DNA of 64,000 nt from the human T2T-CHM13v2.0 reference genome, Homo sapiens. Below the pieces are notes generated by a model. The model had not been told where the DNA came from. It saw only the letters and a list, made by a program, of their open reading frames with translations, and did not search any database. The position numbers and the translations under genes are program-made. Of the stretch, positions 56,101 through 64,000 are shown piece after piece. Position 1 is the stretch's first letter. Each line of letters begins with the position of its first letter. Where the stretch lies: assembly GCF_009914755.1 (NCBI RefSeq), contig NC_060948.1; one strand, written 5' to 3'.

Positions 56101-59100
56101 TGGAACGGAGTTGAATAGGGTGAAATGGAATTGAATGGAATGGAATCGAAGGGAAAGAAATTGAATTGAATGGAATGGAATCTAAAGGAAAGAAATTGAA
56201 TGGAATGGACTGGAATGGAATGGACTCGAATGGAATGGCCTGGAACTAAATAAAATCGAACGGATTGGAATCGAATGGAATGCAATGGAATGGAATGGAC
56301 TCTATTGGAATGGAGTCAAAAGGAATGGAAACCAATTGAATGGAATTGAATGGGATTAAAAGGGGTAGAATTGAATGGAGTGTAATCAAAGTTATTGATG
56401 GAATGGAATGGCATGGAATGGACTCGAATGGAATAGTTTGGAATGTAGTGGACTCAGATGGAATAGACTGAAGTGAAATGAACTCGAATGGAATGGAAAC
56501 TAGCGGAAGGGAATGGAAGGGAATGGAAAGGAATAGAATGAAATGGAATCAAATGAAATGGAATGGAATGGAATGGAATGGAATGGAATGGAATGGAATG
56601 GAATGGAATGGAATGGAATGGACTCTAATGGAATGGACCCGAAATGAATAGTATAGAATCGAATGGCATCAAATCGAATGTAATGGAATGGAATGGAAGG
56701 GAATGGAATGGACCCTAATGTATTGCACTGGAATGGAGTGGACTCAAATATAATGGACTCAAAAGGAATGGTCTCGAATGGAATTTATTCAAATAGAATG
56801 GAATCAAACGGAATGCAATAGTATGGAATGGAATTGAATGCAATGGGATCGAATGTAATGGACTGGAATTAAATGGACTCGAATAAAATGGAATCGAACG
56901 GATTGGAATGGAATGGAATGGAATGGAATGCACTCGATTGGAATGGAGTCAAATGGAATGGAATGGAATGGAATGGAATCGAAAGGAATAGAATGGAATG
57001 GAGTGTAAGGAATGATATCAAATGGAAAGGAATGGAATAGACTCGAATGGAATGAACTGGAACGGAATGGACTCGAAAGGAATAGACTGGAGTGGAATGG
57101 ACTCGAATGTCATGTAAGCGAATGGATTGCAATGGAACGGAAAGGTATAGAATGGAATGGAGTCGGATGGAATGGAATGAAATGGAATAGAGTCGAATGG
57201 AATGACATCGAATGGAAAGGAAAGGAACGGAATGGAATAGACCCAAATGTAATGGAATCGAATGGAATGGACTCAAATACAGTGGACTCGTTAGGAATGG
57301 TCTCGAATTGAATTAATTTGAATAGAATGGAATTGAATGGAATGTACTGGAATGGAATGCACTTGAATGGAAAGGACTGGAGTGGAATGGAATAAAATGG
57401 GATGGAAAATAATCGAATGGAATGGAAGGGAAAGGAAATTAATAAAATGGAACGGAATCGGATGGAATGGAAAGGAATGGAATGGAATAGAATCGAATGG
57501 AATGGCATCGGAAGGAATGGAATGCAATGGAATCTGATGGAACGGAATGGTGTGAAATACAAACGAATGGAATGCCTTTTAATGAAATGGAATGGAATGA
57601 ATGGAAAGGAATGGAATGGACTAGAATGGAATGGAATGGACTGCAACTGATTTGACTCGAATGGAAAGGAAATGAATGGAATGGAATGGAAGGGAATGGA
57701 ATGGAATAGAATGGAATGGAATCGGATGGAACGGAATGGATTGGAATGGAGTCGACCGGAATAGAATCGAATGGAATGGAATCAGATGGAATGGAATGGA
57801 ATGGAATGGAATGGAATGGAATGGAATGGAATGGGCTCGAATGGAATGGACTTGAATGGAGTAGAATCGAATGGAATGGCATCAAATGGATTGGAATGGA
57901 ATTTCATGGAACCAAATGTATTGGACTCGAATGGAATGCACTCAAATAGAATAGACTCGAAAGGAATGGTCTCGAATGGAATTTATTTGAATCAAATGAA
58001 ATGCAATAATATGGAATGGAATTGAAAGAACTGGAATGGAATGGAATGGACCAGAATGGATTGGAGTGGAATAGAATGGGCTCGAATGTAATAGAATTTA
58101 ATGTAAACTAATTGAAAGGAATGGAATCGAATGTAATGTAATCAAATGGAATGGAATGGAATGCAATGGAATGGAATAGAATGGAATGCAATGGAATGGA
58201 ATGGAGTGGAACCTAGTGGAAAGGAATTGAATGGAATGAAATCAAATGGAACGGAATCGAATGGAATGGATTGGAATGGAATGGAATCGAATGGATTGGA
58301 CTGGAATAAAATGGAATTGATTGGATTGGAATCAAACGGAATGGAATGTAATGGAATGGAATCGATTTGAATGGAATATAATGGAACAAAACCGAATTGA
58401 ACTGAATCGAAAGAAAGTAAGTGAATGAAATAGAAATGGATAGAATGGAATGGAGTGTAATGAAAAGATATCGAATAGAAAGGAATGGAATGGAATGGAC
58501 GCGAATGGAAAAGAATGGATTGGAATGGATTGGAGTTAAATGGACTCGAATGGAATGGAAAGCAGTGCAATGGAATGGAATGAAATGGAATGGGAAGGAA
58601 TAGAATGGAATGGAATCACATAGAACGGATTGGAATGGAATGGATTCGAATGGAATGGATTCGAATGGAATGGCATCAAATATAATGCAATGGAACGGAA
58701 TTTAATCGAATGGAATGGACTCAAACGGAATAGAATTGAATAGTATGGCATCAAATGGAATGGAATGGAATGGAATGGAATGGAATGGAATGGAATGGAA
58801 TGGAATGGAATGGAATGCAAGTGACCCTAATGTAATGGACTTGAACGGAATATACACAAATAGAATGGAGTAGAATGGAATGGTCTCGAATGGAATTTAT
58901 TCGAATAGAATGGAATTGAATGGAATGCAATAGAATGGAATGGAATCGAATGGAATCGACTGGAATGGAATGGAATGGAATGGAATACAATGGACACGAA
59001 TGTAATGGATTGCAATGCAATTGATTTGAATGGAATGGAATCCAATGGAATGTAATCAAATGGAATGGAAAGGTATATAGTGGAAGGGAATAGAATGGAA

Positions 59101-62100
59101 TGGAATGGAACGTAGTGGAATCGAGTGGAATGGAATAGAATAAAATGGAATTGAATGGAGTGCAATGGAATGCAAAGAAGGGGAATAGAGTGGAATGGAA
59201 TCGAATATAATGGAATCTAATGCAATGAAATCAAATGGAATCGACTGGAATGGAATGGACTCGAAACTAATGGACTGTAACAAAATGGAATCGAATGGAT
59301 TGGACTCGAATGGAACATAATGGAATGGATTGGACTCGAATGGAATGCAGTGGAATGGAATGGACTCGAATGGAACAGAAACGATTATAAAGGAATGGAA
59401 GGGAAAGGAAAGGAATAGATTTTAATGGAATAGGATGGAACGGAACGGAACGGAATGCTGTCAAATGGAATAGAATCGAATGGATTGGCATCGATTGGAA
59501 TGGAATGCAATGGACTCGAATGAAATGGACACTGATGGAATAGAATTGAACAGAATGGCATCCAAAGGAATGGAAAGGAATGGAATGGAGTGGAATGGAA
59601 TGGAATGACATGGAGTGGAATGGAATGGAATGGAATGGAATGGAATGGAATGGAATGGAATGGAATGGAATGGACACAAAATTAATGGAATAGAATGGAA
59701 TGGACTCGAAAGGAATGGTCTCGAATGGAATTTATTCAGAAAGAATGGAATAGAAAGCAATGCAATACTATGGAATGGAATCGAATGGAATGGACCAGAA
59801 TGAAATGGACAGGAATAGAACAGATTCGAATGTAATGGATTGCAATGTAATTGATTCGAGTGACTTGGAATCGAATGGAATGTAATCAAATGGAATGGAA
59901 AGGAATGCAATTGAATGGAATAGAATGGAATGCGATGGAATGGAAAGGAATGGAATGGAATCGAGTGGAATGGAATTGAATGGAAGGTTATCGAATGAAA
60001 TATATTCAAATGGAATGGATTCGAATGGAATAGACTGGAGCAAAATGGAATCGAACGGATTAGAATCGAAAGGAATGGAATGGAATGGAATGGAATGGAG
60101 TCGAATGGAATGGAATCGAATGGAATGGAGTCGAATGGAATGGAATGGAATGGAATAGAATGGAATGGAATGGAATGGAATCGAAAGGAATAGAATGGAA
60201 TGGAGTGTAATAGAAAGATATTGAATGGGATGGAATGGAATGGACTAGAATGGAATGGACTGGAATGGAATGGACTCGAATGGAATGGACTGGAGTGGAA
60301 TGGACTAGAATGGAACGGAAATGAATGCAATGGAATGGAAAGGAATTAAATGGAATGGAATTCGTTGGAACTTAATGGAATGGAATGGAGTCGAATGGAA
60401 TAGAATCGAATGGAATGGCATCGAATGGAATTGAATGGAATGGGAAGGACTCGAACAGAATGCACTCGAATGGAATAGAATCTAATGGAATGGCATCAAA
60501 TGGAATAGAATGGAATGGAATGGAATGGACTCGAATGGATTGGAAAGGAATGGAATGGAATGAAATGGAATTGAAAGGAATAGAATGGAATAGATTTGGA
60601 TGGAATGGAATGGAATGGAATGGAATGGAATGGCATCGAAAGGAATGGAATGGCATCGAAAGGAATGGCATCGAATGGAGTGGAATGGAATGGAATCGAA
60701 TCGAATGGAATGGATTTGAATGGAATAGAATAGAATGGAAAGGGATCGAAACGAATGGAATGGAATGCAATGGAATCGAATAGAATGGAATGGTCCCAAA
60801 TGTAATGGACTCGAACGGAAAGGACTCAAATAGAATGGATTCGAAAGTAATGGTCTCGAATGGAATTTACTCGAGTAGAATGGAATCGAAAGGAATGCAA
60901 TAGCATGTAATGGAATCAAACGGATTGGAATGGAATGGAATGGACGGGAATGTAATGGACTGGAATAGAATGGACTCAAATGTAATGGATTGCAATGTGA
61001 CTGATTTGAATGGAATGGAATCAAATGGAATGTAATCAAATGTAATCAAATTGAATTCAATTGAATGGAAAAGAATGGAATGCAATATAATGGAATGGAG
61101 TGGAATTGAATGGAATGGAATGGAATCGAATAGATTGGACTGGAATGGAATGGACTCGAATATAATGGCCTGGAATAAAATGGAAACAAACGGATTGGAA
61201 TCAATCGGAATGGAATGGAGTGGAATGGAAGAGAATGGATTCGAATGGAATGCAGTCAAAAGGAATGGAAACTAATGGAATGGAATTGAATGGAATCAAA
61301 AAGAATAGAATGGAATGGAGTGACTCGGGAATACATCAAATGGAATGGAATGGACTAGAAATGAATGTACTGGAATGGATTCGACTCAAGTGGAATGAAT
61401 TGGAGTGGAATGGACTCAAACGGAATGGAAACGAATGGAATGGAATGGAAAGGAATAAAATGGAATGGAATGGGATGGAATGGAATGGCATGGAATGGAG
61501 TCGAATGATATACAATCGAATGGAATGGCATATAATTGAATGAAATTAAATGGACTCGAATGGAACAGAATAGAATGGAAAGGCATCGGAGGGAATGGAA
61601 CGGAATGGAATGGAATGGAATTTAATGGAATGGAATGGAAAGAAACAAATGTAATTGACTAAAAAGGAATGGACTCAAATAGAATGGACTCGAAAGAAAT
61701 GGTCTCAAGTGGAATTTATTCGAATAGAATGGAATCCAATGGAATGCAATAGTATGGAATGCAATAGTATGGAATGGAATCGAATGGAATGTACCAGAAT
61801 GGATTGGAGTGGAATAGAACAGACTCGAATGTAATGGATTGCAATGTAATTGATTTGAAAGGAATGGAGTCAAAAGGAATGTAATCAAATGGATGCAATG
61901 GAATGCAAAGAATCCAATAGAATGGAATGCAATGGAATTCAATGGACTGGAATCGAGTGCAATGGAATTGAATGGAAGGGAATCGAATGGAATGGAACTG
62001 AATGAAATGGACTGGATTGGAATGTACTTGAATGGAATTGACTGAAAAATATTTAATTGATCGGACTGAAATCAAATGGAACAGAATGGAATGGAATGGA

Positions 62101-64000
62101 ATGGACACTATTTGAATAGAGTAGAATGGAATGTAACCAAATGGAATGGAATCAAATGGAATGGAATTGAATGGAATCGAAAGGAATAGTATGGAATGAA
62201 CTCTAATGGAAAGTTATCGAATGGAAAATAATGGAATACAATGGACTCATATGGAATGCACTGGAATGGAATGTACTGGATTGGAATGGACTCAAATGGA
62301 ATGGAATGGAATGGAATGGAATGGAATGGAATGGAATGGAATGGAATGGAGTGGAATGGAATGGAATAGAATGGAATGGAATCAGATGGAACTTAATGGA
62401 ATGGAATGGAGTCGAATGGAATAGAATCGAATGGAATAACATCAAATGGAATGGAATAGAATGGAATGGAATGGAATAGAATGGAGTGGAATGGAAAACA
62501 CTCAAATGGATTGGACTCAAATGGAATAGAATCGAATGGAATGGCTCGAATGGAAGAGAATGGAATGGAATGGAATGGACTTGAATGGAATGGAAGTGAA
62601 TGCATTAGAATGAAATGGAATGGAAAGGAATAGAATGGAATGGAATCGGATGACACGGAAAGGATTGGAATGGATTCGAATGAAATAGAAATAAATGGAA
62701 TGGCATCGAATGGAATGGAATGTAATATACTCGAATGGAATGGACTCAAATGGAGTAGAATACAATAGAATGGCATCAAAAGGAAAGGAATGGAATGGAA
62801 TGAAATAGAATGGAACCAAATGTAATGGAATCAAATGGAATGGACTCAAATAGAATTGACTCGAAAGGTATGGTTTAGAATGGAATTTATTTGAATAGAA
62901 TGGAATCGAATGGAATGCAACAGTAAAGAATGGTATCAAATGGAATGGAATCAAATGGAATGGACTGGAATGGAACGGACTGAAATAGAACAGACTCGAA
63001 CATAATGGATGGCAATTTAATTGATTTGAATGGAATGGAATTGAATGGAATGTAACCAAATTGAATGGAATGGAATGCATTTGAATGGAATAGAATGGAA
63101 TGGATCGGAGTGGAATCGAATGGAATGGAATCGAATGAAACGTAATTGAATGGAATGGAATTGAATCGAATGGACTGGAATGGAATGAACTCGAATGTAA
63201 TGAACTGGATAAAGTGGAAACGAACGGATTGGAATCGTACAGAATGGAATGGAATGGAATGGAAGAGACTGTTCTCGAATGGAATGGAGTCGAAAGGAAT
63301 GGAACTGAATGGAATGTAATTGAATGGAATCGAAAAGAATAGAATGGAATGGAACGTTATGGAAAGATATTGAATGGAATGGCATGGACGCGAATGGAAT
63401 GGACTGGAATGGAGTGAACTCGAATGGAATGGACTGGAATGGATTAGACTCGAATGGAATGGAAACGAATGAAATGGAATGGAAAGGAGTAGAATAGAAT
63501 GGAATTGGATGGAATGGAATGGAATGGAATAGAGTCAAATGGAATAGAATCGAATGGAATGGCATCGAATGGAATGGAACGGAATGTAACGGACTCGAGT
63601 GGAATGGACTCTAATGGAATAGAGTAGAATGAAATGGCATTGAATGGAATGCAAAGGAATGCAATGGATTGCAATGGAATGGACCCAAATGTATAGGAAT
63701 CCAATGGAATGGACTCAAATATAATGGATTCAAAAGGAATGGTCCCAAATATAATTTATTCGAATAGAATGGAATCAAAAGGAATGCAATAGTATGGTAT
63801 GGAATCAAATGGAAAGGAATCGAATGGAATTGACCAGAATGGAATGGACTGAAATAGAAAGGACTCGAATGTAATGGATTGAAATGTAATTGATTCGAAC
63901 TCCTTGGAATCGAATGGAATATAATCAAATGGAATGGAATGGAATGCAATGGGAAGGAATAGAATGGAATGCAATGGAATGGAACTGTGTACAATTGAGT

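Larger units (their letters stand above)
600..63900 (+). repeat. Diverged ~0.9-kb higher-order repeat unit, about 69 copies with irregular spacing
   Basis: The landmark core GGTCTCGAATGGAATTTATTCGAATAG, or a recognisable variant, recurs near 661, 1611, 2457, 2925, 3480, 4358, 5134, 5988, 7099, 7884, 8788, 9766, 10641, 11735, 12660, 13534, 14444 ... 58896, 59731, 60866, 61715, 62886 and 63755. Mean spacing is about 0.93 kb. Module order is conserved: GGACCCAAAT, TTTATTC, GCAATAGTAT, GATTGCAATGTAATTGATT, GTAATCAAAT, GGAAAGATATC, GGCATCGAAT. Confidence 0.9.
1..64000 (+). repeat. Satellite III / HSat3 array, (GGAAT)n diverged pentamer satellite (pericentromeric heterochromatin type)
   Basis: GGAAT pentamers and in-phase variants (GGACT, CGAAT, CAAAT, GCAAT, GTAAT, AGAAT, TGAAT) run continuously from base 1 to 64000. 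The + strand is G/A-rich and C-poor throughout. (GGAAT/ATTCC)n is the defining repeat of human Satellite III. Confidence 0.98.

Noticed and set aside
132-62479. + strand MEWNG-repeat ORFs resembling pentapeptide-repeat proteins
   Set aside because: Three pentamers equal 15 nt, or 5 codons, so the 5-aa repeat is an arithmetic by-product. ATG occurs in almost every pentamer junction and stops interrupt at random.
600-63900. Regularly recurring conserved landmark that could suggest a CRISPR-like repeat-spacer array
   Set aside because: The intervening sequence is homologous satellite of about 0.9 kb rather than unique short spacers, the landmarks are degenerate, and there are no cas genes.
1-64000. 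HSat2 (HSATII) assignment
   Set aside because: The HSat2 hallmark (CATTCGATTC with regular GATGAT/ATCATC 23-26-bp units) is not seen. The array keeps 5-bp phase with long pure GGAAT runs, as in HSat3.
1-64000. Canonical homogeneous DYZ1 (Yq12) array
   Set aside because: No near-identical 3.6-kb tandem copies are visible. Unit spacing is irregular and neighbouring units are strongly diverged.
1-64000. Strand inversion or large inverted repeat
   Set aside because: No (ATTCC)n stretch appears on the + strand. Only short palindromes (TCGA, GATATC, GAATTC, ATTGCAAT) occur, as pentamer variants.

Overview
The whole 64-kb window is one uninterrupted array of human/great-ape-type Satellite III (HSat3), built on the pentamer GGAAT. 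The purine-rich strand stays on + throughout, and I saw no inversion, transposon, gene, RNA gene or unique-sequence island. Every ORF in the track is an artefact of the 5-bp period (MEWNG repeats on +, FHSIP repeats on -). Above the pentamer is an old, diverged ~0.9-kb higher-order unit. I counted about 69 copies of its landmark (GGACCCAAATGTAAT...GGTCTCGAATGGAATTTATTCGAATAG...GCAATAGTATGG) by eye, with a second landmark (GGAGTGTAATGGAAAGATATCG) roughly half a unit downstream. This looks like a diverged DYZ1-related/HSat3A-type array. Layered on it are a duplication with a ~4.7-5 kb offset (47.7-51 kb vs 52.4-56.1 kb, with a third partial copy at 1.8-2.6 kb), a very recent 250-bp triplication at 43.9-44.5 kb, a small island of CAACCCGAGT-type Sat III at 43.0 kb, a (GGGAT)9 G-quadruplex-type tract at 23.5 kb, and four perfect heat-shock-element motifs. 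I found no new coding system. Positions and counts were read by eye, and the subfamily and chromosome assignments need alignment.
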